Position numbers and translations under genes: made by a program
Part shown: one piece after another, positions 18,055 through 26,671 of the stretch
Numbering within the stretch: the first letter of the stretch is position 1
Layout of the letters: each line of letters starts with the position of its first letter
DNA from: Nitrospirota bacterium
GTDB lineage: Bacteria; Nitrospirota; UBA9217
NCBI GenBank assembly: GCA_021783455.1
Contig: JAJXTW010000002.1
Coordinates: forward strand, 1-39,571
Direction: 5' to 3'
DNA: 39,571 bases
Notes under the pieces: generated by a model
The model's input: only the letters and a program-made list of their open reading frames with translations
The model's database searches: none
Told to the model about the DNA's origin: nothing

Positions 18055-19314
18055 ATGGACGATAATCTAGAGTTCGGGTTCCAGGATATCATGGAATTTG
18101 TCGCGGGCGCTGAAGGCGGCATAAAGAACGAAAGCGATACAAGGAACGAAAGCGACGCACAGGGGGCACAGGTGGAGAGGAGGACAAACGCGATGTTCCA
18201 GTTTGAAGAGGAGGAGAGGCTGCCTGCCGTTATCAAAGTGATCGGCGTGGGAGGCGGCGGCAGCAATGCCGTGAGCACCATGGTCCAATCGGACATCAAA
18301 GGAGTTCAGTTCATCGTCGCGAACACCGACATGCAGGCCCTGGAACTCACGCGGGCGCCGATCAAGCTGCAGATCGGTTCCAAGCTTACCTGCGGCCGGG
18401 GGGCGGGAGCCAATCCCGAGATCGGCCGGAATGCCGCACTTGAGGACGCGGAGAAGATCAAGGCTGCCATCGCCGGCGCCGACATGGTCTTTATCACCGC
18501 GGGCATGGGAGGCGGCACGGGCACGGGGGCGGCCCCGGTGATCGCAAGCCTGGCCCGTGAAACGGGCGCCCTTGCCGTGGGCGTGGTCACGAAGCCCTTC
18601 AGCTTCGAAGGAGAAACGAGAAAGCACAAAGCCGAAGAAGGGATCGCCGAACTCAAAAAGAACGTGGACGCGCTCATCGTGATCCCGAATGAACGGCTCC
18701 TGAACCTGGCGGAAAAAAAGACCACGCTCCTGCAGTCCTTCAAGCTCGCCGACGGCGTGCTGGCCCAGGCAGTCAAGGGCATTTCCGACGTGGTCATGAA
18801 ACACGGCTACATGAACGTGGATTTTGCCGATGTGAAGACCGTGATGGCGAACCGCGGCAGGGCGGTCATGGGGACCGGCGTGGGGCGCGGGGAGGGACGG
18901 GCGACCGATGCGGCGCAGAAGGCCATTGCGAGCCCGCTGCTCGAAGACGGCTCCATCAAGGGCGCGCGGGCGGTGCTGATCAACGTCACCGGCGGCGAAG
19001 ACATGGGCATTTACGAGTTCAACGAGGCCTCGGCGATCATCAAGGAAGAGGCGGACCCCTCGGCGAACATCATCGTGGGGGTGGTGATCGATCCCGTGAT
19101 GAGCGAAGAGATCATGGTCACGGTGATTGCAACGGGTTTCGACGAGGAAGGCATCCGGGAACGGGTAAAGCGGCCGGTGAGCCTGAAGGACTTCATGAAG
19201 GTCACGGAACGGCCGAAGAAAAAGCAGGAAGCCTTCGACTTCAAGAACGAGGCGCTCGGCATCGACAGCGAGGACCTGGACAAGCCCACGTTCTTAAGAA
19301 GGCAGGCGGATTGA
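18055..19314 (+). CDS. ftsZ: Cell division GTPase FtsZ
   Basis: GVGGGGSNAV, the tubulin signature GGGTGTGAAPVIA, and the C-terminal peptide DKPTFLRRQAD. There are two plausible starts: ATG 18055 (GGAGGG upstream) or ATG 18193 (MFQFEEEE, GAGGAGGA upstream). Confidence 0.95.
   Translation: MDDNLEFGFQDIMEFVAGAEGGIKNESDTRNESDAQGAQVERRTNAMFQFEEEERLPAVIKVIGVGGGGSNAVSTMVQSDIKGVQFIVANTDMQALELTRAPIKLQIGSKLTCGRGAGANPEIGRNAALEDAEKIKAAIAGADMVFITAGMGGGTGTGAAPVIASLARETGALAVGVVTKPFSFEGETRKHKAEEGIAELKKNVDALIVIPNERLLNLAEKKTTLLQSFKLADGVLAQAVKGISDVVMKHGYMNVDFADVKTVMANRGRAVMGTGVGRGEGRATDAAQKAIASPLLEDGSIKGARAVLINVTGGEDMGIYEFNEASAIIKEEADPSANIIVGVVIDPVMSEEIMVTVIATGFDEEGIRERVKRPVSLKDFMKVTERPKKKQEAFDFKNEALGIDSEDLDKPTFLRRQAD
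18124..18159 (+). repeat. In-frame 18-nt tandem duplication inside the putative FtsZ N-terminal extension
   Basis: GAACGAAAGCGA occurs at 18126-18137 and 18144-18155. It encodes NESD(T/A)(R/Q) twice. Confidence 0.7.
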
Positions 19315-19334
19315 TCCTGCGGGACAATAAAAAA

Positions 19335-19390
19335 CCACAGGACACCGGGATGGTCGTGAAATGCATTCACGTCATTCCTGAATCCTGTGG
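19335..19390 (+). terminator. Hairpin in the convergent gap between ftsZ and the Cys-rich genes
   Basis: Stem CCACAGGA 19335-19342 / TCCTGTGG 19383-19390 encloses an inner hairpin CGTGAA 19355-19360 / TTCACG 19366-19371. There is no clean T-run, so terminator function is unproven. Confidence 0.3.
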
Positions 19391-19443
19391 CTCACGTGCG
19401 AAAAAAGTCGTTCTCAGTAACGCTCGCGCGGACGGGGATTTCC

Positions 19444-19815
19444 CTAGCGCCGCTTGAACTCAGCCGGTCTGGCATGGGCCATCGTACCCGCGGACATGCG
19501 CTGCTTTTCCAATGATTTGTCCAGGCCGAGGCGGGTAGCTGAGAAGCCGAGCGGAGTCGGCTCTTCCTCAAGCTTCACCGCATTCATGAAATCGCACCGC
19601 CAGCAGTTAGTCAGTTTTTGCGCATAGGTCCCCTGGATATTGCCTCCGCACAAGGACCCGGCGATGGCCCAGCATGCCCTGCCGGCATTTTTCCCGCCGT
19701 GCGCGCCGTGCAGTTCCTGACAGGTCGTGACCGGACAGATGCCCAGCTCCTGCGCTTTCGGCCCGCCGGGCTGGCGGCCGCATTTCTTGTGTTCCCAGCA
19801 ATTTATTTTTCCCAT
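19444..19815 (-). CDS. Small Cys-rich 'CW-motif' protein, paralog 1 (123 aa)
   Basis: MGKINCWEHKKCGRQPGG...GICP...GRACW...LCGG...NCWRC. SD GGAGGAG (plus-strand 19824-19830) lies 8 nt before the ATG. Confidence 0.7.
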   Translation of the reverse strand: MGKINCWEHKKCGRQPGGPKAQELGICPVTTCQELHGAHGGKNAGRACWAIAGSLCGGNIQGTYAQKLTNCWRCDFMNAVKLEEEPTPLGFSATRLGLDKSLEKQRMSAGTMAHARPAEFKRR

Positions 19816-19888
19816 ATATTACTCTCCTCCCGGGAATTGATTAAAAAGCGAACAAAGTTTTTCCGTTACGATAAAGCAGCAGCGCTTT

Positions 19889-20299
19889 TTAAAGCTGTTT
19901 TTTGTGGACGACACGTTGAGGCGAACCGCTTTGCTTGTGCTTCTGCTTTTCGAGCGTTTTTTCCATGCCCAGCCGCGTGTGGGAGAACCCGATCTCGGTC
20001 GGCTCTTCTTCCTTTTTTACCATGTTCATGAACTCGCAGCGCCAGCAATTGTTCAGCTTCTGCGCGTAGGTCCCCTGGATCTTTCCGCCGCACAAGGACC
20101 CTGCGACCACCCAGCACGCCCTGCCGGCATTTTTCCCCGCATGGGCGTTGTCCAAAGCCTTATGCGTGGTGGCCGGACATATTCCGAGTTCCTCGGCCTT
20201 GTGCCCGCCCGGCTGCCTGCCGCATTTTTTGAATTCCCAGCAATTCATCTTTACCTGGGTCTCGACCATAACCGGTGTCATGTCCTGTAGTTTTCCCAT
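19889..20299 (-). CDS. Small Cys-rich 'CW-motif' protein, paralog 2 (136 aa from ATG 20299)
   Basis: 78 of 101 core residues are identical to paralog 1 by hand count. GAGGA lies 7 nt before ATG 20299; the track start 20305 is a TTG two codons upstream. Confidence 0.7.
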   Translation of the reverse strand: MGKLQDMTPVMVETQVKMNCWEFKKCGRQPGGHKAEELGICPATTHKALDNAHAGKNAGRACWVVAGSLCGGKIQGTYAQKLNNCWRCEFMNMVKKEEEPTEIGFSHTRLGMEKTLEKQKHKQSGSPQRVVHKKQL

Positions 20300-20377
20300 A
20301 ATCAAGTCCTCACTTGTAGTGTGCGCCCGTTAGAAAAAACCCGTCCCAACAATCCCGCTTTTATTTTGCTTGCAATA

Positions 20378-20407
20378 AATATAATGTTCATGGAGGAGAA
20401 AAGTCAA
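20378..20407 (-). promoter_or_regulatory. Possible sigma70 promoter for the Cys-rich gene pair
   Basis: Reading the minus strand: TTGACT (20407-20402), an 18-nt spacer, then TATATT (20383-20378). Confidence 0.35.
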
Positions 20408-20480
20408 TCCGAATGTAAAAATAGGCATTATCTGCTAATCGTAAATTGAGGCGGACTAGGGGCGTTGCAAGTCGCGGGAT

Positions 20481-21206
20481 TCAGGATTTCCCTGTTCTGT
20501 CGATACAGTTCAGGATACCGCGCAGGATACTGATGTCCCTGCTGTCCAGGCGGGCCCTGCCAAACAGCTGTCTCAGGGAGAAGAGCATCCGTTCCGCATT
20601 TTCGTCACCAAGAAAACCGATCGTCCGCAATGCCCTTTGTAAATGCGTGTAAAAATATTCGAGGTCCTCTGTTGGAGCAAGTTCCAGGGAGGAAGAGGGA
20701 ACGGGTTTTAAGGAAGCGCGGAACAATTCGTAGGCAATAACCATGACGGCGTGGGAGAGATTAAGCGACGGGAAAGCATCGGCAGTCGGGACGGCAACCA
20801 GCTCGTGGCAGAGGGCGATATCCGGGAGCTCCAACCCGCTCACTTCATTGCCGAAAACCACCGCAACTTTGTTGTTCGTGAGAAGGGGGAGAACGCGTTC
20901 CGCCAGTTCCCGGGGCGTGATGACGTTCTTTCTCCGTTTGCCCGAATGACGCGATGCGCCGATGACCAGTCCATGGCCGGAAACCGCGTCGCCGAGCCGG
21001 GGGTACGAGACTGCTTTTTCCAGGATCTCATCAGCGCCTGCGGCCAGTTTAAAGGATTCGCGGTCCACGGCCTTGCGGGGGGCGACAAGCAGCAGGCGGC
21101 TCAGGCCCGTGTTCATCATACACCGGGCAACTGCGCCGATATTGGCAGGCGTTTTCGTGTCAACGAGAATGATGCTGACGTTATCGAGGGGTGATGTTGT
21201 CTGCAT
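20481..21206 (-). CDS. trmJ: SpoU/TrmH-class RNA 2'-O-methyltransferase (TrmJ-like)
   Basis: IILVDTKTPANIGAVARCMMNTG, VVFGNEVSGL and PSLNLSHAVMVIAYEL are the three SPOUT motifs. The length and C-terminal extension resemble TrmJ. Confidence 0.8.
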   Translation of the reverse strand: MQTTSPLDNVSIILVDTKTPANIGAVARCMMNTGLSRLLLVAPRKAVDRESFKLAAGADEILEKAVSYPRLGDAVSGHGLVIGASRHSGKRRKNVITPRELAERVLPLLTNNKVAVVFGNEVSGLELPDIALCHELVAVPTADAFPSLNLSHAVMVIAYELFRASLKPVPSSSLELAPTEDLEYFYTHLQRALRTIGFLGDENAERMLFSLRQLFGRARLDSRDISILRGILNCIDRTGKS

Positions 21207-21308
21207 ACAAGTGTTTTAGAAGAACGGGACCGGGCCGTGAAGGCGCGTCCCTGTCTGTCATTATAAGGAAAGCCACGCCTTGCCACAAGAACAATCATCA
21301 TCATTCCC

Positions 21309-21337
21309 GTTGACAAGCGCCGCGGGGATTGTTACAG
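21309..21337 (+). promoter_or_regulatory. Possible sigma70 promoter of the MBL-fold gene
   Basis: TTGACA 21309-21314, a 17-nt spacer, then TACAGT 21332-21337. The ATG lies only 10 nt downstream. Confidence 0.4.
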
Positions 21338-21347
21338 TACGCGGGAC

Positions 21348-22127
21348 ATGAGCATGATCGCCATATCACTCCAATCGGGCAGCAACGGCAACTGCATCTA
21401 TGTTGAGACCTGCGGCAAGAAACTGCTGTTCGACGCGGGGATCAGCGGCGTGCAGGCGGAGGAGCGTCTTGCGGCACACGGCCGGGACATTCGCGCCGTC
21501 GATGCCGTGATCATCTCGCACGATCATTCCGACCATATCCGGCATGCCGGCGTGTTCCAGCGGAAATACGGCCTGCCGGTGTACGTGACTGCGGCGACGC
21601 TGGCCGCCGCATCAGCACGGTGCGCGCTCGGCAAGATGAAGGACGTACGCCTTTTCCGGTCGAGCGATAAGCTTGCCTTCGGCGATGTGCATGTGCATGC
21701 CATCCCCACTCCCCACGACGGCGTGGACGGATCGGCTTTCGTGATCGAGGGCGCGCAAAAGCGCCTCGGGATACTGACGGACCTGGGCCACGTGTTCAAG
21801 GACCTCGTGCATATCGTGGCGTCCCTCGACGCCGTGTTCCTCGAAAGCAATTACGACCCCGACATGCTGGCGCAGGGACCTTACCCTGCCTATCTCAAGC
21901 AGCGGATCAAGGGACCGCGCGGTCATATTTCGAATATTGAGGCAGCAGAGGTGCTGCTCCGCGCATCTGCCGGCAACCGCCTCCAGTGGGCCTGCCTTGC
22001 CCATCTCTCGGAACAGAACAATCATCCCGACGTTGCCCTCAGGACCCACCGTGCAGTCATGGCGGAAAAACTCACCCTCTATGTGGCCGACCGTTACCAG
22101 GCATCAGCCCTCTTCACCGTTTCCTGA
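21348..22127 (+). CDS. MBL-fold metallo-hydrolase
   Basis: HxHxDH motif (SHDHSDHIRH). Downstream His/Asp residues are spaced as in beta-lactamase-fold hydrolases. Confidence 0.85.
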   Translation: MSMIAISLQSGSNGNCIYVETCGKKLLFDAGISGVQAEERLAAHGRDIRAVDAVIISHDHSDHIRHAGVFQRKYGLPVYVTAATLAAASARCALGKMKDVRLFRSSDKLAFGDVHVHAIPTPHDGVDGSAFVIEGAQKRLGILTDLGHVFKDLVHIVASLDAVFLESNYDPDMLAQGPYPAYLKQRIKGPRGHISNIEAAEVLLRASAGNRLQWACLAHLSEQNNHPDVALRTHRAVMAEKLTLYVADRYQASALFTVS

Positions 22128-22153
22128 TTGAACCAGCCGAATTTAAGAAAATT

Positions 22154-22237
22154 TCTCACAGAGGTTCAAAACCATTCACCGCAGAGATGTTCTCCGCGTA
22201 TTCCGCGCCTCCGCGTGAGATGCCTTTTGTTTTTTGG
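22154..22237 (+). terminator. Intrinsic-terminator-like hairpin in a convergent gap (MBL gene / kinase gene)
   Basis: Outer stem TCTCAC.GAGG 22154-22164 / CCTCCGCGTGAGA 22208-22220. Inner stem CGCAGAGA 22180-22187 / TCTCCGCG 22191-22198. It is followed by TGCCTTTTGTTTTTTGG. Confidence 0.5.
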
Positions 22238-22281
22238 TTATTCCAGGTTTCGGGGGATGGTGGGCGCACTGCAAAAATGAT

Positions 22282-23895
22282 CTATTTCTTTTTCATCAGC
22301 AACAGCAGCCACAGGGCAAGGCCGCCGCAGAGGCCTGCTGCCCACACGCTCTCGTGGTCCAAATGGTTGATGCGGAAAATGACGGAGGCCATGCCCGCCC
22401 CGACGATAAGAATGGCAAAGATAAACCCTCTGCCGATGCGGGAGATCTTGTGGAGTTCGGCAACGATGTCCCGCGACGTGATCTCGACCCGGGTCTCCCC
22501 GCGGCCCGTGGTCACCAGGAATTCGGTCAGCAGTTTCGGCAGCGCCGCCAGCGAGCGGCCCGTTGATACAAGGCGTGTCAGAACACCCGAGGCGGTCATG
22601 ACATCGGTCTTGATGAAGCGCTTCGCAAAGGGCGTTGCGATCTCGATGATGTTGGTCTCGGGGTCGAGCTGCGACGCGAGGCCGTTGAGCATGCCCACGA
22701 CCCTGCCGAAGAGGATGAAGTCGTTCGGGATCTGGATCGACGGGGAGAGTTGGAGCGCCTCAACGATATCGTTGCCGATCTCCGCCACGTTCATGGCCTT
22801 GAGCTCGGAGGGCGAAATGTCACGGTATTTCTGAAGGATCCGCTCGGTGAACTGTACGAGCGGCTGGATGTCCTTGGTGAGCGGTATGAACCCCATGTCC
22901 ACGAGCGCGCGCACCAGGCCCAGGGCGTCCCGGTCCACGATGGCCGTAAAGGCCCGGCGCAGACCTTCTTTCTTCGGAGCAGAGAGGCGGTCAACCATCC
23001 CGAAGTCCACGAGGATGACTTCCGGGCCCGTCCGCACGAAAATATTCCCCGGGTGCGGGTCGCCGTGGAAGAACCCGTCGACAAAGAACATCTGGCAATA
23101 GGCCTCGGCAAGGGTGCGCGCTACCTCTTTCCGGTCAATCCCCCGCGCGTCGATCTTCTCAAAGTCCGTGATCTTGATGCCTTCGAGATATTCGAGGGTA
23201 AGCACCGTGGAGGTCGTAAAGGGCCAGTAGACGATGGGGATCTTGATCTTCGGATTTTTGGCGAAGTTCCGGGCAAAGGTCTCGGCGTTCTTTCCCTCCT
23301 GGAGGTAGTTCAGCTCTTCGTAGATGATCCGGGAAAATTCGGAATAGATCACGTCGAGGTTGATCTGGCGGTAGAGCACGCGCAGGATCCTGATCACAAA
23401 TTTGAGGGTCCGGATATCCGCGGCGATCACTTCCTCGATGCCGGGGTATTGCACTTTCACCACGATGCAGTCCCCGTCCCGAAGGCAGGCCTTATGCACC
23501 TGGCCGAGCGACGCTGAAGCGATCGGGATCTCGTCAAAGGAAGAGAAGACCTCGTCCATGGGCCCCAGCTCCTCGGTGACCCGCTTCGCGATATCGCGGA
23601 AAGGCGCGGGCGGCACCTGGTCCTGGAGCTTTGAGAGCTCGTCGGTGTACTCCTCGGGAAGGATGTCCACGCGCGAGGAAAGGAACTGGCCGATCTTGAT
23701 CAGGACGCCGCGCATCTCGATCATACGCTCGCGCAGCAAGCGCGCGTTTGCGGCATGGAGCCGTTTCAGGCGTTCCTGACGCAGGGAGTCGGATGCGAAG
23801 ACGTTTCTCAGGGAAAGGAATTTGTAGCTCAGAAGGACCCTGAGAAAAAGAAGCACGCCTTGGACAAAGCGGCCACGGTATTGGGAAAAATGCAT
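22282..23895 (-). CDS. ABC1/UbiB-family atypical protein kinase (AarF domain), two C-terminal TM helices
   Basis: VVKVQYPGI (Lys), FFHGDPHPGNIFV and LVDFGMV motifs. Start chosen at ATG 23895 (MHFSQYRGRF); the track ORF extends to GTG 23988. Confidence 0.85.
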   Translation of the reverse strand: MHFSQYRGRFVQGVLLFLRVLLSYKFLSLRNVFASDSLRQERLKRLHAANARLLRERMIEMRGVLIKIGQFLSSRVDILPEEYTDELSKLQDQVPPAPFRDIAKRVTEELGPMDEVFSSFDEIPIASASLGQVHKACLRDGDCIVVKVQYPGIEEVIAADIRTLKFVIRILRVLYRQINLDVIYSEFSRIIYEELNYLQEGKNAETFARNFAKNPKIKIPIVYWPFTTSTVLTLEYLEGIKITDFEKIDARGIDRKEVARTLAEAYCQMFFVDGFFHGDPHPGNIFVRTGPEVILVDFGMVDRLSAPKKEGLRRAFTAIVDRDALGLVRALVDMGFIPLTKDIQPLVQFTERILQKYRDISPSELKAMNVAEIGNDIVEALQLSPSIQIPNDFILFGRVVGMLNGLASQLDPETNIIEIATPFAKRFIKTDVMTASGVLTRLVSTGRSLAALPKLLTEFLVTTGRGETRVEITSRDIVAELHKISRIGRGFIFAILIVGAGMASVIFRINHLDHESVWAAGLCGGLALWLLLLMKKK

Positions 23896-23901
23896 ACTTG
23901 G

Positions 23902-23910
23902 ATTATACCA
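23902..23910 (-). promoter_or_regulatory. Extended -10 (TGGTATAAT) immediately upstream of the kinase ATG
   Basis: Minus strand reads TGG-TATAAT-CCAAGT-ATG. The -10 hexamer is 23907-23902 and the ATG is 23895-23893. Confidence 0.35.
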
Positions 23911-24004
23911 GATTAAAAAGAGGAAGGGTATCGAAGAGAAAAGCATGATGGAGCAGAGGACAGAGGGGAAGCCTGCAACGCCATGCACAATGCGCTCTGC
24001 GCGT

Positions 24005-25246
24005 TTACGTAAATATTCCGATCACTGCGCCGGTCATGCAGGTAGCGAGTGTTCCTGCCACGAGCGCCTTCATGCCGAGTCCCACAACCTCGTCCCGCCG
24101 CTCCGGCGAGAGACTTCCCAATCCTCCGATCAGAATGCCCAGGCTTCCGAAGTTCGCGAAGCTTGCAAGTGCGTATGTCATAATAAGCCGGCTTCGTTCA
24201 TCAAGCGCTCCAGCAGGAAGCTTGGCCATTTCGAGGAACGCGAGCAGTTCGTTCAGGATCGTTTTCGTGCCCATGAGATAGCCCGCGGTCTGCGCCTGGG
24301 ACCACGGAATGCCGAAGAGCCAGACAATGGGCGCCATCACATACCCGAGAAGCCTCTGGAGCGTGAGCGGTTGTCCGGCGACATCCGGAAGCAGCCCGAT
24401 CAGCAGATTCGCGAGATGGACAAGGGCCACCATGACCACGAGCATGGCGATAATGTTCAGGAGCAGTTGCAGGCCGTCCATCGTGCCTTTTACTACGGCA
24501 TCCATGGAGCTGGACGCGGTTCTCCGGGGGATGAGTTGACCTGCCGTCTCCTCGCCCGTCTCGGGGACCATGATGCGCGCGATCGTAATTGCAGCGGCAA
24601 CGTGGATGAAGGAAGCTATCAGAAGATGGCCAAGGGGGTCCGGGATAACGTTGTTCAAAAACGTAGCGTAAAGGATCATGACCGTTCCTGCAATGCAGGC
24701 CATGCCGACGGTCATGAGCGAGAAGAGCTCGCTCCGGGTCATGTTTTTAAGATAGGGCTTGATCACGAGCGGGGCCTCGACCATGCCGAGGAAGATCGTG
24801 GTTGACGCTCCCAGGCCCAGTGCGCCGCCGATGTTCATCGTCTTCTGGAGCAGAAAGGAAAAGCCCTTTACAATATAAGGCAGGAGCTTCCAGTAGAAAA
24901 GAAGCGCCGAGAGAGCGCCGATCACAAGTACGAGAGGCAACGCCTGGAAAGCGAGAATGAAGTTCGACCCCGGGTCCTGGAGCAGGAAGGGCGGCGTACC
25001 GCCGCCGATGTAACCGAAGACAAAGGACGTACCGGCTTGTGTTGCCGAGTCGAGAGCCAGAACGACATTATTCAGAAGCAGGAAGAACTTTTTGAAGAAG
25101 GGAATGTAGAGAAGAACGCCCGCGACCGTGAGCTGGACCGCGACGCCGGTCAAAACGATGGTGTATCTGACGCCTCTCCTGTTTTCGCTGATGAGCCATG
25201 CGATCCCCAGGAAGACGAACAACCCGAGCAGTGGTTGCAGAAGCAT
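24005..25246 (-). CDS. nupC: NupC/NupG-family (CNT) nucleoside transporter
   Basis: The N-terminus MLLQPLLGLFVFLGIAWLISENRR and the polytopic layout are typical of the family. AAGGAG lies 6 nt before the ATG. Confidence 0.85.
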   Translation of the reverse strand: MLLQPLLGLFVFLGIAWLISENRRGVRYTIVLTGVAVQLTVAGVLLYIPFFKKFFLLLNNVVLALDSATQAGTSFVFGYIGGGTPPFLLQDPGSNFILAFQALPLVLVIGALSALLFYWKLLPYIVKGFSFLLQKTMNIGGALGLGASTTIFLGMVEAPLVIKPYLKNMTRSELFSLMTVGMACIAGTVMILYATFLNNVIPDPLGHLLIASFIHVAAAITIARIMVPETGEETAGQLIPRRTASSSMDAVVKGTMDGLQLLLNIIAMLVVMVALVHLANLLIGLLPDVAGQPLTLQRLLGYVMAPIVWLFGIPWSQAQTAGYLMGTKTILNELLAFLEMAKLPAGALDERSRLIMTYALASFANFGSLGILIGGLGSLSPERRDEVVGLGMKALVAGTLATCMTGAVIGIFT

Positions 25247-25264
25247 GAAGGACTCCTTTTTTTG

Positions 25265-26545
25265 CTAGATTTCCCAGGGATAGCCGATGAAAATTGCTGG
25301 CGATGCGCCTTCCCTGCCGAACCCGAGGTCTCCCCGAAACACGACTCCCGACGCCGTAACGACGCGCACCCCGAGGCCGTAGTCATCGCGCATGTTCGAC
25401 CGCCTGGTGAGGTCGCTTTCCACGTCGGAGGTGACGCCGGTCTCGTAGAACAGGGCGACCTGCACCGAGGTGCGGACATCCTTCATAACAAAAATGTTGA
25501 AGGGCGTCCGTTCATCGGTCAGGTTCCAGCGGATTTCGGTGCCGTAAAACAGCGTATGAGCGCCCTTGTAGCGGCCCTGGGGATAACCGCGCAACCGGCT
25601 GAACCCGCCTAAGGACGTGGCGGTGCCGTATTTGTTGTTCGCGATCATGTTTTGGATGACCTCATTGCAGAACTGCTGTTGCTGGGGATCGGTGATCGTG
25701 CTGCAATTCAGCCCCAGATGGAGCTCCGCCGTGGTGGTTGCCCCGGTCTTCAGAACGACTGCGTCAGAGCGGAGAAAGTTGAACGCCCAGGTGCTGCGCC
25801 TGCCGATGGGGATGTAGGCTGTGGTGTTGTAGTCCATGACGTAATAATCCGGGCCGGAATCGCTCGGCGGAGACTGTGAGCGGGTAACGTCGATTCGGAA
25901 GCCCCGACGCGGATCGGAGTAGTCATCCGTCAAATCCAGCCGGGACCCGAAGCTCGTGACGTGGCCGGTTTGGCGGGGCGCGTTCTGCGCTTCGACGATG
26001 ACATTGCCGTCCCTGTCCCTGATGCTCTTGAGCTTGGAAGCCCCCTGGTACCAGGCGCTGTAAATTTCGAAACGCCGGTCGAAAAAAGTGGCAGTCATCC
26101 GGCCGCCGTAGTATTCCGTGTCCCCCAGCTCGAGCAAACGATAATCGTTCTTGTCCGTGTTCATACCCCGCTGGCTGTAGCTCTGGATTGTCGCTTTATT
26201 GAGCGCGCTGTATCCGACGTCCAGGATGAGCCTGCGCGGAATGAGGTGGATATCGGCAACGCCGACTGCTTCACCCCGCACGTCGCCGGTAAAGACGATG
26301 CCATAGGCGTCCGTGTAGGTGTCCGCGATATTCATTGCGCCGCCGACCAATCCGATGCCGGACCCGATGCCGGGCAGGCTGTAAGGATAGGGGAAGAGCG
26401 CGTATCCGAAATTTTTCGTGAACTGCGGCTTGCGGCGGTCGGGGTAGATCGGATCCTGAGTTGGGCTGTCGGCTGCCCATGCAGCGGAAAAAAGCATGAA
26501 GCTTATGCAGAAAATGAATGCCAATCGCTTCACGATCATGTGCAT
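25265..26545 (-). CDS. Omp85/BamA-superfamily outer-membrane beta-barrel (surface-antigen domain), no POTRA repeats evident
   Basis: Signal peptide MHMIVKRLAFIFCISFMLFSAAWA. C-terminal barrel motifs LGGFSRLRGYPQGRY...ALFYETG...DYGLGVRV...FRGDLGF. Start chosen at ATG 26545. Confidence 0.72.
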   Translation of the reverse strand: MHMIVKRLAFIFCISFMLFSAAWAADSPTQDPIYPDRRKPQFTKNFGYALFPYPYSLPGIGSGIGLVGGAMNIADTYTDAYGIVFTGDVRGEAVGVADIHLIPRRLILDVGYSALNKATIQSYSQRGMNTDKNDYRLLELGDTEYYGGRMTATFFDRRFEIYSAWYQGASKLKSIRDRDGNVIVEAQNAPRQTGHVTSFGSRLDLTDDYSDPRRGFRIDVTRSQSPPSDSGPDYYVMDYNTTAYIPIGRRSTWAFNFLRSDAVVLKTGATTTAELHLGLNCSTITDPQQQQFCNEVIQNMIANNKYGTATSLGGFSRLRGYPQGRYKGAHTLFYGTEIRWNLTDERTPFNIFVMKDVRTSVQVALFYETGVTSDVESDLTRRSNMRDDYGLGVRVVTASGVVFRGDLGFGREGASPAIFIGYPWEI

Positions 26546-26671
26546 CAGCCCTATCCCCCGGTACGTCTGAGCGAACTCTTGGTTCCGACAATCCCTGCAC
26601 AACGACGCATAAGTATTGTGGAAAATGCGTCCAAAGTCAAGTCGGTTTTCGCAGATGTGGTTTTCGGCAAA

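Noticed and set aside
957-18804. Long antisense or alternative-frame ORFs across the dcw cluster, e.g. 957..1625(-), 1647..2513(-), 3781..4797(-), 4554..5669(-), 6149..7045(-), 9649..10452(-), 11277..12149(-), 12823..13899(-), 13769..14692(-), 16976..17740(-), 18067..18804(-).
   Set aside because: Each fully overlaps a gene with unmistakable conserved motifs. Their translations are Arg/Pro/Gly/His-rich, low-complexity sequence typical of shadow ORFs in high-GC DNA.
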